The translations under genes and the position numbers were made by a program. Under the pieces are notes generated by a model. That model did no database searches. It was not told the origin of the DNA and worked only from the letters and a program-made list of their open reading frames with translations. From positions 1 to 64,000 of the IMG/VR virus record IMGVR_UViG_3300035698_034576: 64,000 nucleotides of DNA; one strand, written 5' to 3'. This DNA comes from a virus. Positions 1 through 8,908 of the stretch are shown here, one piece after another (the first letter of the stretch is position 1; every line of letters begins with the position of its first letter).

Positions 1-2
1 AC

Positions 3-146
3 GAGTCTATTTCCCACAAGTTAACCATTATGAAGAAAGATGACGTCTCACGAGTCCAACTAACTTGTGACGAAGGTTCAATAAACATAGATCAACTCTA
101 TCGAAATGGTAAAATGTTTGACTTGCAAAATCCAGCTACTTGGTAA
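3..146 (+). CDS. 3' end of hypothetical protein (cut by window edge)
   Basis: Open frame from 3 to TAA 144-146 (...MFDLQNPATW*). Confidence 0.6.
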   Translation, partial: ESISHKLTIMKKDDVSRVQLTCDEGSINIDQLYRNGKMFDLQNPATW

Positions 147-173
147 TTTAATAAAAATTTAAAAATTTGTATC

Positions 174-395
174 ATGGAAAAGTTTAATGAAACAGAAGTT
201 TTGACCACTAATGAATGGTTAAAGTGTGAAAGCGGAACTAAAGCCTATCGAGTAAAGACCTATAATGATAGTGGAGACTTAGTTGAGAAAGAATACATCT
301 TGTTGGGATTTGACAACTCAGATGATTTGTTTGAAGATGCTAAAAATTGTGCACCAGGATATTACACTGATAGTGTTAAAGTAACCCGTAAATAA
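174..395 (+). CDS. hypothetical early protein
   Basis: ORF preceded by repeated leader AATTTAAAAATTTGTATC-ATG. Confidence 0.75.
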   Translation: MEKFNETEVLTTNEWLKCESGTKAYRVKTYNDSGDLVEKEYILLGFDNSDDLFEDAKNCAPGYYTDSVKVTRK

Positions 396-411
396 TCTAA
401 AAATTATAATA

Positions 412-636
412 ATGGAAACAATTGAAAGTCTTGCAAAAGAAATGCAATCATTCTTATTTGTTAAATCGTCTGTGATTGAAAAAGCGGAAAAATCAAAAGT
501 AACTACCAAAAACAATCAAGACTTCAAAACACTTGTTTTAGACTGGGGAGATGGAAAGTATGATGAGGACCCAAATTGCGTCATTCAAGAAATCGAGTGG
601 ATTTTGAGTCAAGAGCTAAAAACCAAGAATAAATGA
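412..636 (+). CDS. hypothetical protein
   Basis: ORF, ATGA overlap with next gene. Confidence 0.7.
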   Translation: METIESLAKEMQSFLFVKSSVIEKAEKSKVTTKNNQDFKTLVLDWGDGKYDEDPNCVIQEIEWILSQELKTKNK

Positions 637-998
637 AAAAAGAAAAGTTTACTAAAATTCAGTACAGGGACTTTATTAAAGATAAGATAGCCACTTCTCC
701 CAGGTTGGCAATTAAAACTCTTTTGATGCTGTACTCAAATCAAACTCAAGAAGAGCAAGACCAAAGTTTCTCAAAACACAAAGATGGGTTCGGATTCAAT
801 AAAATGGATGCAGAAAAATTATCAGCCATTGCTCAGCAATATATCAGGGAGAATGGAATAAATGCTACTCAACTGAAAACTGTTCAAAACAAATTACCTA
901 AATATTGGAAGCAAGTTCTCAGAGAAGCCGATAAATCAAAATTGCACAAACAAATGACAGAAGGTAAACAATTAAATTTATTTGAAAATAATTGCTAA
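633..998 (+). CDS. conserved phage hypothetical protein (paralog of fragment at 34014-34316)
   Basis: NQTQxEQ...GxGF...D...LS...KYWKQ shared with ORF at 34056. Confidence 0.75.
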   Translation: MKKEKFTKIQYRDFIKDKIATSPRLAIKTLLMLYSNQTQEEQDQSFSKHKDGFGFNKMDAEKLSAIAQQYIRENGINATQLKTVQNKLPKYWKQVLREADKSKLHKQMTEGKQLNLFENNC

Positions 999-1040
999 AA
1001 AGTTTTTTATATCAAAAATTTTGCTATCTTTACAGTGTAA
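997..1040 (+). promoter_or_regulatory. putative early promoter (class I)
   Basis: AAAGTTTTTTATATCAAAAATTTTGCTATCTTTACAGTGTAA; near-identical copies at about 34800, 35353, 39158 and variant at 30291. Confidence 0.75.
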
Positions 1041-1069
1041 TCAGTTCTAATAATTTAAAAATTTGTATC

Positions 1070-1354
1070 ATGAGTATTGTAAAAAGAGAGAGTAAAAGAA
1101 GAATCGATTTGGACGGACCTGATGGAAATGCTTTTTTCCTGTTAGGAGTAGCTTCAAAGTGGGCAAAACAATTGAAAATGGATTCAAAAGCCATTGTAAA
1201 AGAAATGCAGTCAGGAGACTATAAAAATCTTTTGACTGTGTTTGAGAAAAACTTTGGTAGCTTTGTTGATCTGGAAACAGATAATCCTGAATACTTGAGC
1301 TTATTTGAGCCAACCGGACTTGATTTGCTGAAAAAGTCACTGAGAATGAAATAG
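1070..1354 (+). CDS. hypothetical early protein (IDLDGPDGNAF motif)
   Basis: Start moved to ATG 1070 after promoter and leader repeat. Confidence 0.75.
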   Translation: MSIVKRESKRRIDLDGPDGNAFFLLGVASKWAKQLKMDSKAIVKEMQSGDYKNLLTVFEKNFGSFVDLETDNPEYLSLFEPTGLDLLKKSLRMK

Positions 1355-1381
1355 TAAAAACATAATTTAAAAGTTTGTATC

Positions 1382-1696
1382 ATGGAAAAATTAAAAAACA
1401 CCAAAAAAATTACATTAGCCACTTTAAAAAGCTTTGCTAAAAGAAACGAAAAAAATATCTATTCTAATCTTGTAAGCTCTTTTAGTGGAATGACAGATAT
1501 GGTCGAGGACAATGATAAGCCTCAATGGAATAAGTCCGAAGTAGCAGAGCCAACTGGGTATTGTAAGACAGGCATATCAGGAATTTACACAGTGGGTCAA
1601 AGCCGAGATTATTTTGAAATCTATGAAGATTCTCAATACTTTGGGATAGAGGTTTATAATTCTTGCGGAACTACAATTTTAGCAGTTAAAAAATAA
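1382..1696 (+). CDS. hypothetical early protein
   Basis: ORF with leader repeat. Confidence 0.75.
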   Translation: MEKLKNTKKITLATLKSFAKRNEKNIYSNLVSSFSGMTDMVEDNDKPQWNKSEVAEPTGYCKTGISGIYTVGQSRDYFEIYEDSQYFGIEVYNSCGTTILAVKK

Positions 1697-1712
1697 TTTA
1701 AAAGTTTGTATC

Positions 1713-3644
1713 ATGGAAAAACTAGAAGTATTAAAAGCAGCAAACAAAGCCTATCGTGAGGGAGAAGCTATAATGAGCGACAAGGATTATGATGCTCTTG
1801 AAAAAGAAGTCCGAAAAAGCTTCCCTGACCATCCAATATTTAAAACCGGAGTTATTGAAAAACCTACGAAAAGAATGGCAAAACTTCCAAAGCCAATGTT
1901 TTCTCTCGATAAGCTAACTTCAATGGAGGAGATTGAGCAGTGGGCAAAATCAAAAAATTTACCTCTTGACACTATAGTTATCATAACCGGGAAATATGAT
2001 GCAATTTCATTAGTGGTAAAAGAAAGAACCGGAAGTGCTTGGACCAGAGGAGACGGAACAGAGGGTCAGATCAGCGATGGTCACTATTTAAAAACTGGAG
2101 AGAAAAAAAATAATGTTGATTACATTACCGCTGGTGAGCTGATTATGAAGGAGGAATATTTTGTAAACAATGTTGATAAGTTTCAAAAGCAAAATCCTCC
2201 ATATACTAATTCAAGAAATATGGCGGCAGGCTTATTTAATTCAGATGATTCAAATAATCCTGACTTAGTTGGATTCAATTACATGAGGTACACAATTTTT
2301 GATGAAGAAATGGAGAAATTGCACCAGCTTGAAAAGTGTAACAAATTGAATTCAACTCCTGTAGAATACGGAATATTTACTCTTGGAACAGTGCTAAGAG
2401 AGGGAGAAGATCTGCTCAATAAATTATATGAAGAGTGGAACAATCATCCTTTTAAATTAGATGGGCTTGTAATTGATGTAAATAGCGCCCCTAAAAGAAA
2501 ATCTTTAGGAAGAGAAAGAAACAACAATCCAGCCTATGCAAAGGCAATCAAACTAGGATGGGAAGAACAAGTACAAGCAAAGGTGACAGGAGTTGAGTGG
2601 TCAGTTTCAAAAGAGGGCTCTATTATTCCGGTTATCTTAATTCAACCAACGTTTATTTCAGGAGTCACTGTAAGAAGAGCCTCTGGATACAATGCGGCTT
2701 ATGTATTTGCCAACAACATCGCAAAAGATAGTAAAATCACAATCAAAAGATCTGGAGAAGTAATCCCAAAGCATTTAAACACAATAGAGTTTGATGGAAA
2801 AGAGGTATTTGCCATGAAGAAAGAAATAACTCTTTGTCCCTCTTGCAATTCTCAATTAAAATGGTCAAAAAATGATAAAGGGGAATTAGTCGATCTTAAA
2901 TGTAACAACAAAAGAGATTGTAAAGAGCAAACAATTAAAAAACTAGTTCATTTTTTCAAGACAATGAAAATTGATGAATTTGGAGAACCTTCTGTAAGAA
3001 AACTTTATGAAGCTGGATTCCTTACATTTGAAGACATAGTTTCAATGAAAATAGCTGACTTTGATAATATAGATGGATTTGGAGAAAAATCTTCATTAGC
3101 TCTGATCAATGAAATTAAGCTTAAAATTAAAGATGTTAGCTGGGTTAATTTTGGACATGCCATTAGTTGTTTCGACGGGTTAGGAACAAAGAAGCTAATT
3201 CTGTTTAGTGAAATTCTTGATGAGGGATATGGATTAGAAGAGCTGATGTGGATGTTAAGCAATAGCTCTATTGTGACTCCAGCTTTATTATCTATTCCTG
3301 GACTGTCTTTTAAAACTATAGAAGCATTTTTTTCAGGACTTCCGGAGTTAATTTTTCAAATAGAAATGATTAAAGCTAGAGGAGTAAATATTACCTTCCC
3401 CGTAAAAGAAACGCTGAAGCCTAAAGAAGGAGTTTTGAGTGGAAACGTATACGTTTTCACTGGGTTTAGAGACAAGAGCTTAGAAGAGGAAATAATTAAG
3501 CATGGGGGATCAATAGCAACTGGTGTTTCTAGTAAAGTTACACATTTGGTAGTTAAAGACCTAAGTAGTAAATCTTCCAAAGTCATCAAGGCTAAAGAGG
3601 CAGGTATCAAAATACTTTCCAAAGAAGATGTTTTAAATTTTTAG
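1713..3644 (+). CDS. ligA: NAD-dependent DNA ligase
   Basis: MSDxxYD, KYDA adenylation motif, TRGDG, DGLV, KRSGEVIP, Zn finger CPSC, HhH repeats, C-terminal BRCT (VFTG...GG...VS). Confidence 0.95.
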   Translation: MEKLEVLKAANKAYREGEAIMSDKDYDALEKEVRKSFPDHPIFKTGVIEKPTKRMAKLPKPMFSLDKLTSMEEIEQWAKSKNLPLDTIVIITGKYDAISLVVKERTGSAWTRGDGTEGQISDGHYLKTGEKKNNVDYITAGELIMKEEYFVNNVDKFQKQNPPYTNSRNMAAGLFNSDDSNNPDLVGFNYMRYTIFDEEMEKLHQLEKCNKLNSTPVEYGIFTLGTVLREGEDLLNKLYEEWNNHPFKLDGLVIDVNSAPKRKSLGRERNNNPAYAKAIKLGWEEQVQAKVTGVEWSVSKEGSIIPVILIQPTFISGVTVRRASGYNAAYVFANNIAKDSKITIKRSGEVIPKHLNTIEFDGKEVFAMKKEITLCPSCNSQLKWSKNDKGELVDLKCNNKRDCKEQTIKKLVHFFKTMKIDEFGEPSVRKLYEAGFLTFEDIVSMKIADFDNIDGFGEKSSLALINEIKLKIKDVSWVNFGHAISCFDGLGTKKLILFSEILDEGYGLEELMWMLSNSSIVTPALLSIPGLSFKTIEAFFSGLPELIFQIEMIKARGVNITFPVKETLKPKEGVLSGNVYVFTGFRDKSLEEEIIKHGGSIATGVSSKVTHLVVKDLSSKSSKVIKAKEAGIKILSKEDVLNF

Positions 3645-3668
3645 ATAAGTTAAATTACTGTACTTTTA
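3638..3668 (+). promoter_or_regulatory. putative middle promoter (class II)
   Basis: TTTTTAGAT with TAnnTTTA starting 19 nt after the T of TAGAT; same spacing at 8850, 18546, 24475, 28704, 32028. Confidence 0.7.
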
Positions 3669-3705
3669 TGAACTACTCACAAAGCAAGTTTTACGCTACA
3701 TAAAT

Positions 3706-4167
3706 ATGAAAAAAAATAGAGACTTAAGCATTTCAAACTTTTTAGAAGTTTTACAAAAAGAGTACTTTATATCTTTACTTAGGGGCAAAATATACCCTTC
3801 TGTTAAAAAGAAAAGTTATTACAAAAAACTATTGGGGTACAAGAAAGAAAAAATATTAGACGTATCCCATAAATATGGGCTTCCATGTATTTTTGATAAC
3901 GATGCAATTTACGAAGCAAAAAAGCTATTGGTTTTTGGAAATAAAAGCCCTGTTTTCTTCTATAAAAATGAAGCTGAAAAATCTGATCTAGAAATATCAG
4001 ATCAAATAAATTATTATTCCAAACAAGCCACGGTAATGGTCCACCTGGGTAATACCACTTCAATTGGAGAAATAACCTATTTCGATATTTTTGAAAAAAC
4101 AGTAAAAGTGAATATAGATGGAGTTGTAGACTGGTATTCAACTGAAAATGTAAAAAGAGTTTTGTAA
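3706..4167 (+). CDS. hypothetical protein
   Basis: 153 aa ORF after class II promoter. Confidence 0.75.
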   Translation: MKKNRDLSISNFLEVLQKEYFISLLRGKIYPSVKKKSYYKKLLGYKKEKILDVSHKYGLPCIFDNDAIYEAKKLLVFGNKSPVFFYKNEAEKSDLEISDQINYYSKQATVMVHLGNTTSIGEITYFDIFEKTVKVNIDGVVDWYSTENVKRVL

Positions 4168-4616
4168 TGATAAACTTTCTCCACAAACAAGTTATTTTTG
4201 ATTGCCATTTTATGTCTTTTATAGAGTTTGTTGAATTCTACAAAAAAGAGTATGATTTGGATAAATTAGCTTGCAGTGTAATATGGCATGGCATAAGAGA
4301 ATTTTCTAAATCTTACCAACAGGATCTGGTTAAATCAAATAACATAAAAGAAGAGGGTTTTAAAAAAATAAAGAATCAGATAATTTTGAATTCCCAAACC
4401 ACCTCTTTGGAGGAAAAAGAAGAGGAAGTTTTAGATACTGATAGAAAAGCTATTATAGCCTTAAGTATAGTTGACAAAAAAATAATGAAGAAACAAAAAT
4501 TAGCATTGCTTTTAGAGGAAGGGTTTAGCTTGTTAGAGATTAAAAATATTTTAAATGTATCCCCTGGATACTTAAACCACATGCTTGATGGAATTAAAAA
4601 AGTGGATAAAGTCTAA
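4167..4616 (+). CDS. hypothetical protein, possible C-terminal HTH
   Basis: LLEEGFSLLEIKNILNVSPGYL resembles HTH. Confidence 0.6.
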   Translation: MINFLHKQVIFDCHFMSFIEFVEFYKKEYDLDKLACSVIWHGIREFSKSYQQDLVKSNNIKEEGFKKIKNQIILNSQTTSLEEKEEEVLDTDRKAIIALSIVDKKIMKKQKLALLLEEGFSLLEIKNILNVSPGYLNHMLDGIKKVDKV

Positions 4617-6210
4617 AAGACTATCTGTTGATTTTTTGGAAGGAGAGACAACCTTTACTATACAAGGAGTAGAAGGATGTCTCTATATTATGGAACCTAA
4701 AAAAATACTCATAGGGGAAGATATGCGATTAATCTTTAATGAGAATGAGTTTTTATCTGACAAATGTTCCTTTTATGTTTTTGAGTGGGGAGGCAAATGG
4801 TTTTATGAGCCTAAAGATTACGAAAAAGTATCTTTTACTTTTTTGGAAAATATAGGAAAAGTTTCTTCTTTTTTAGATATAGAGGATTTTCCATTCTTAG
4901 GTTTGCACGGCATGTTTGAAATTTATAATGGCTCCGGATTGTATCAAGACTGGATTGATAAGGCTAAATTTTTAGGATATAAATCATTGGCTTTAGCTGA
5001 AAAAAATACTTTAGCGGGAGTTTTAGAATTTCAATCAGAATGCAACAAGAACAATATAAAAAGCATTATTGGGGAAGAGATATATGTTAAAGAAGGGAGC
5101 AAAACTTATTCAGTAAAGCTATATGTTAAAAATGAAAAAGGTTGGAAGATATTGCTCAGTATTCACAAAATAGTTTTAGTAGATAATCCGAGGCCATTTA
5201 TTGAGGAGCATGTTCTACTTAATCTATTGGATGAAAATATTTTTGTTGTGTTTGACAAAGGGGTTTTGCTTAATAGGAAAATTATTTTTGACTATTCTTT
5301 AAAAGCTGGAAGTGAAAATTTATTCTACCAGTGGGATACTGTCATTTACAAGAATGTCACTAGGGACAATGAGCTACTCCAAACGCAAAAAAATAATCTA
5401 GATTTCTTTAGAAAAGGAATGATAGAGTTTATTCTTATAAACGATGCCTACTATATTAACCAAGAGGATTATGAGATAAAGAAAAAACTTAATGAGATGA
5501 ATCCTAATAGTGAAATAGATGAAGTAGCAACAAACCAGTATTTGAAAGACCTTGATGATAATTACTTTTTAATGGAGAGTTTATTTCCAGAAGGAAAAGA
5601 TGATTTTGATAAGCTGTTCCCATCAATTATTTCTAATGCAAAAAAGATAGCGAAAGAATGTAACTTTCAATACAAAATATCTGAAGCTCGCTTACCCCAA
5701 TTTGAACAAAAGCATTTGCCTATTGAGCTTCAAAAAAAAGATAATAATTCACTTTTTTTATTTTTAATAGAGAAGGGAATTAAAGAGAAGCTTGTTGAAA
5801 GGGATGGGATTAAGGATTTGGATCCTTATTATGAAAGAATAGAGAAAGAAGCAAAAGTAATTCAAGAAGGTGGTTTTGTAGATTATTTTTTAGTTCTTTG
5901 GGATATTGTTAGGTATTCTTTAGCTAATGATATTTTGATAGGGCCAGGCAGGGGCAGCGCTGCTGGGAGCATCATATCACATTTGCTGAACATTACAAAC
6001 ATAGATCCTCTTAAGTATGATTTAATATTTGAGAGGTTTCTTAATGAGGGCAGAATAGGATATGTAGAAAAGGTAGAAATGATTATTGTAGAGACAGAAG
6101 ATGGATGTTTTGAATATAAAAATAATTCAAAAATAGCTATTCAAAGAGATGGAGTTAACAAAACAGTTATTTCCAGTGAATTAAAAGAGGGTGATTTGAT
6201 ACATGATTAG
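4585..6210 (+). CDS. dnaE: DNA polymerase III alpha, N-terminal part (PHP and start of palm)
   Basis: PHP-like region, YFL, GPGRGSAAGS, IDPLKYDLIFERFLN; ends in about 50 aa HINT-like tail. Confidence 0.93.
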   Translation: MMELKKWIKSKRLSVDFLEGETTFTIQGVEGCLYIMEPKKILIGEDMRLIFNENEFLSDKCSFYVFEWGGKWFYEPKDYEKVSFTFLENIGKVSSFLDIEDFPFLGLHGMFEIYNGSGLYQDWIDKAKFLGYKSLALAEKNTLAGVLEFQSECNKNNIKSIIGEEIYVKEGSKTYSVKLYVKNEKGWKILLSIHKIVLVDNPRPFIEEHVLLNLLDENIFVVFDKGVLLNRKIIFDYSLKAGSENLFYQWDTVIYKNVTRDNELLQTQKNNLDFFRKGMIEFILINDAYYINQEDYEIKKKLNEMNPNSEIDEVATNQYLKDLDDNYFLMESLFPEGKDDFDKLFPSIISNAKKIAKECNFQYKISEARLPQFEQKHLPIELQKKDNNSLFLFLIEKGIKEKLVERDGIKDLDPYYERIEKEAKVIQEGGFVDYFLVLWDIVRYSLANDILIGPGRGSAAGSIISHLLNITNIDPLKYDLIFERFLNEGRIGYVEKVEMIIVETEDGCFEYKNNSKIAIQRDGVNKTVISSELKEGDLIHD

Positions 6211-6243
6211 AGATGAACAAATAATTAATATCTAAAAGTTGTT

Positions 6244-6312
6244 ATGAAAATAGTAAAAAAAATTAGAAAAGAGATCAGGGAGTTTACCCACATGGGCGAA
6301 CTCCCTGACTAG
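6244..6312 (+). CDS. dnaE: 22-aa mini-ORF carrying the start of the DnaE catalytic motif
   Basis: MKIVKKIRKEIREFTHMGELPD* (TAG 6310-6312); not in ORF track. Confidence 0.7.
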   Translation: MKIVKKIRKEIREFTHMGELPD

Positions 6313-6313
6313 C

Positions 6314-8302
6314 GATATTGACACAGATATTGCTGGAGAAAAAAGAGGCGAAATAAAGAGATATTTAGAAAGCACCTATGGAGAAGATTATGTCTGCTCA
6401 GTAGGAACTTATGGAACATTTCAATTATCAGCTGGAATTAAAGATTTACTCAGACAAAAAATTCCATTTAAGGCAATGAATAAAGTTGTAAAGACAGCAA
6501 AATTTGAAAGAAATGAACCTATTTCATCTTTATTTGAAAAAGCCCTTAAGAGCCCGGGTTTAAAATCTATTCTTAAAAATAATGTAAAGGAGATAAACCA
6601 GTTAAGAGTAATCCATAAAGGAATTAAAAATGCATCAATACATGCCGCGGCAATGATTATTGTCCCAAAAGAATATGGGGATATATTTTCACAGATGCCA
6701 GTTAAAAAAATGGATGATTTATTAATTTCAGAGTGGGAAGGAGAACCACTTGCTAATGCCGGGTTCTTAAAAGAAGATTTGCTAGGGACAAATCAACTTA
6801 ATAAGTTTGCCAATATTATAAGACTGATAAAAGAAAAAGGAGTAATTGACTTCGATTTTTATAATATCCCATTGGATGATTCAGAAGTTTATCACTTTTA
6901 TAAAAGAGGCTTTACAGCCGATAACTTTCATTTTGGATCAGACCTAATGACAAAGTACACTATTAAGATACAACCAGATAACATAAATGACCTGATAGCA
7001 ATTATGGCCTTGGTTAGGCCTGGGACATTAGAATCTGGAGCTGCAGACAAATATGGCATTTATAAAGACGATCCCTCTAAGGCAAAATTTATGCCCGGCC
7101 TAGAGGGTATAACCAGCAAAACATTTGGCTTTATAGTTTATCAAGAGCAAGTTATGAAGATTTGCCAGGAAATAGGTGGATTTACACTTTCCGAAGCAGA
7201 TTTAATACGTAAGGCTATTGGTAAAAAGAAAATGGATTTACTCCATTCTTTTAAAGAGAAGTTTATTAGTCAAGCTATTTTATTAGGACATGATAAGACG
7301 TTAGTAGAGGATATTTGGGGATTAATGGAGTTACATGGATCATACTCTTTCAATAAGTCCCATAGCGCCGCATACGCTATCACAGGGTACATTTGCAACT
7401 GGTTTAAGGTAAATTATCCTTTAGAATTCTGGATAACAACTTTGCAATATGCAGATAAAGATGATATTCCAAAATTTATATCAGAAATTAATCGTATCAA
7501 TGGTATTGTCAAAATGAAACATGCAGACATAAACTTATCCAAGGATATTTTTTATGCCTCAAAAGATAAGAAAAGTCTTTACTGGTCTTTAGATAGGATA
7601 AGAATGCTTGGAGTTGTTGCTTCAGAGGCTTTGAAAGAAGAAAAAGATTTGGGAGACTTTACATCATTTGATAATTTTTTACATAGGATTAATGAAAATG
7701 ATAGAAAAGTAAACAAAGCCGTAATTGAAAATCTTATATTTTCAGGAGCCTTTGATGAAGTAGAAAATATAGAAAAAATTCAGGATAGACTTTTGTTAAT
7801 TTATAAAATGGCAGAATCTTTAAAAATAAAAGAAGAAGACATAAGTATCAATAAAAAACCATTTCCTCTAAATAAAGAATATTGGTGGCAATTGCAACAA
7901 AGAAGAGTATCTGAATTTTCATACTTTGATTATAAAAAAATAATTGAAGAGGAAGCTCTTGATACTTTTTCTGAAATTGAGACCTATTATAAGAATGGAT
8001 TTGAAATTAAAAAAGGAGGCTTCGCTGAAGAAAAAGTTATAACTGCAGGGATAATAGTGGAAGTGAATCAAAAAGAAAGTACAAAGGCTGGTAATTTTGC
8101 TGTACTAAAGATAGATAATAATTTTGAAGTCTTTTCATTTATTATATGGAATGAGCTTTGGGATAAAGTCAAGAATGATTTAGCAGAGGGATTTTTAATA
8201 GCTTTTTCTGGAAAGGTTCAAAAAGAAAAATATTACGATTATATGAGTGTACAATCATCAAAAAATACAAAAATTAAAATTATTTATAATGGAAAAAATT
8301 AA
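6314..8302 (+). CDS. dnaE: DNA polymerase III alpha, C-terminal part
   Basis: Frame of ORF 6476 extends upstream to DIDTD (6314); HAAA, KEDLLG, RPG, YQEQVM, YSFNKSH, OB fold; no ATG ahead of DIDTD in this frame. Confidence 0.93.
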   Translation, partial: DIDTDIAGEKRGEIKRYLESTYGEDYVCSVGTYGTFQLSAGIKDLLRQKIPFKAMNKVVKTAKFERNEPISSLFEKALKSPGLKSILKNNVKEINQLRVIHKGIKNASIHAAAMIIVPKEYGDIFSQMPVKKMDDLLISEWEGEPLANAGFLKEDLLGTNQLNKFANIIRLIKEKGVIDFDFYNIPLDDSEVYHFYKRGFTADNFHFGSDLMTKYTIKIQPDNINDLIAIMALVRPGTLESGAADKYGIYKDDPSKAKFMPGLEGITSKTFGFIVYQEQVMKICQEIGGFTLSEADLIRKAIGKKKMDLLHSFKEKFISQAILLGHDKTLVEDIWGLMELHGSYSFNKSHSAAYAITGYICNWFKVNYPLEFWITTLQYADKDDIPKFISEINRINGIVKMKHADINLSKDIFYASKDKKSLYWSLDRIRMLGVVASEALKEEKDLGDFTSFDNFLHRINENDRKVNKAVIENLIFSGAFDEVENIEKIQDRLLLIYKMAESLKIKEEDISINKKPFPLNKEYWWQLQQRRVSEFSYFDYKKIIEEEALDTFSEIETYYKNGFEIKKGGFAEEKVITAGIIVEVNQKESTKAGNFAVLKIDNNFEVFSFIIWNELWDKVKNDLAEGFLIAFSGKVQKEKYYDYMSVQSSKNTKIKIIYNGKN

Positions 8303-8801
8303 AGTAGTTTTAGATAAAACAACAGTTTTTTTATCTTTTAAGCCTTTTGATGAAGAGATAGATATTGACGATCTCACAATGATTCATTATGACAATTTGA
8401 GTGGTGAGATTATAACCATATCTTCATTACTAAATAGGATGGGCCTTTTAAAAGCTGAAGCAGAAAATTTGGCAAAGAAGAACAAGCATTTGCTAGAAGT
8501 TTTAGCGGCAGAAAAAAGAAGGTCTATTAGAAAGGATTGCATTTCAAAAAATACAAAATTTACAGCCCAGCAAGTAGAGGATGAAATTACGTTAGACACC
8601 GAATACAAGAGAGAGAAAGAAAGCTACATAGAGGACCAAAGATTATTTGGAATTTTAGAGTCATTGTACTGGGCTATAAATGCAAAAAGTCAAAAACTAT
8701 CAGTGCTAATGAAAGGAACCACTCCGGAAGAATTTGAGCAGGAGATAGTAAATGGAGCTATCAATGGTATTATGATAAAAAAGAAAGAAAACTTTATTTA
8801 A
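8289..8801 (+). CDS. putative UvsY-like recombination mediator
   Basis: Helical coiled-coil protein between polymerase and SSB; weak resemblance plus context. Confidence 0.45.
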   Translation: MEKIKVVLDKTTVFLSFKPFDEEIDIDDLTMIHYDNLSGEIITISSLLNRMGLLKAEAENLAKKNKHLLEVLAAEKRRSIRKDCISKNTKFTAQQVEDEITLDTEYKREKESYIEDQRLFGILESLYWAINAKSQKLSVLMKGTTPEEFEQEIVNGAINGIMIKKKENFI

Positions 8802-8908
8802 ACAAACAATATTTGTCTATTTAAAATATTTTCTTTTATAAACTGTTTTTAGATGAATAAATACAATGTAATTTAGACATAAATTATTAACACTTAAATA
8901 TTAAAAAA

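Noticed and set aside
6211-6313. Group I/II intron explaining the dnaE break
   Set aside because: Gaps of 33 nt and 7 nt are far too short for a ribozyme.
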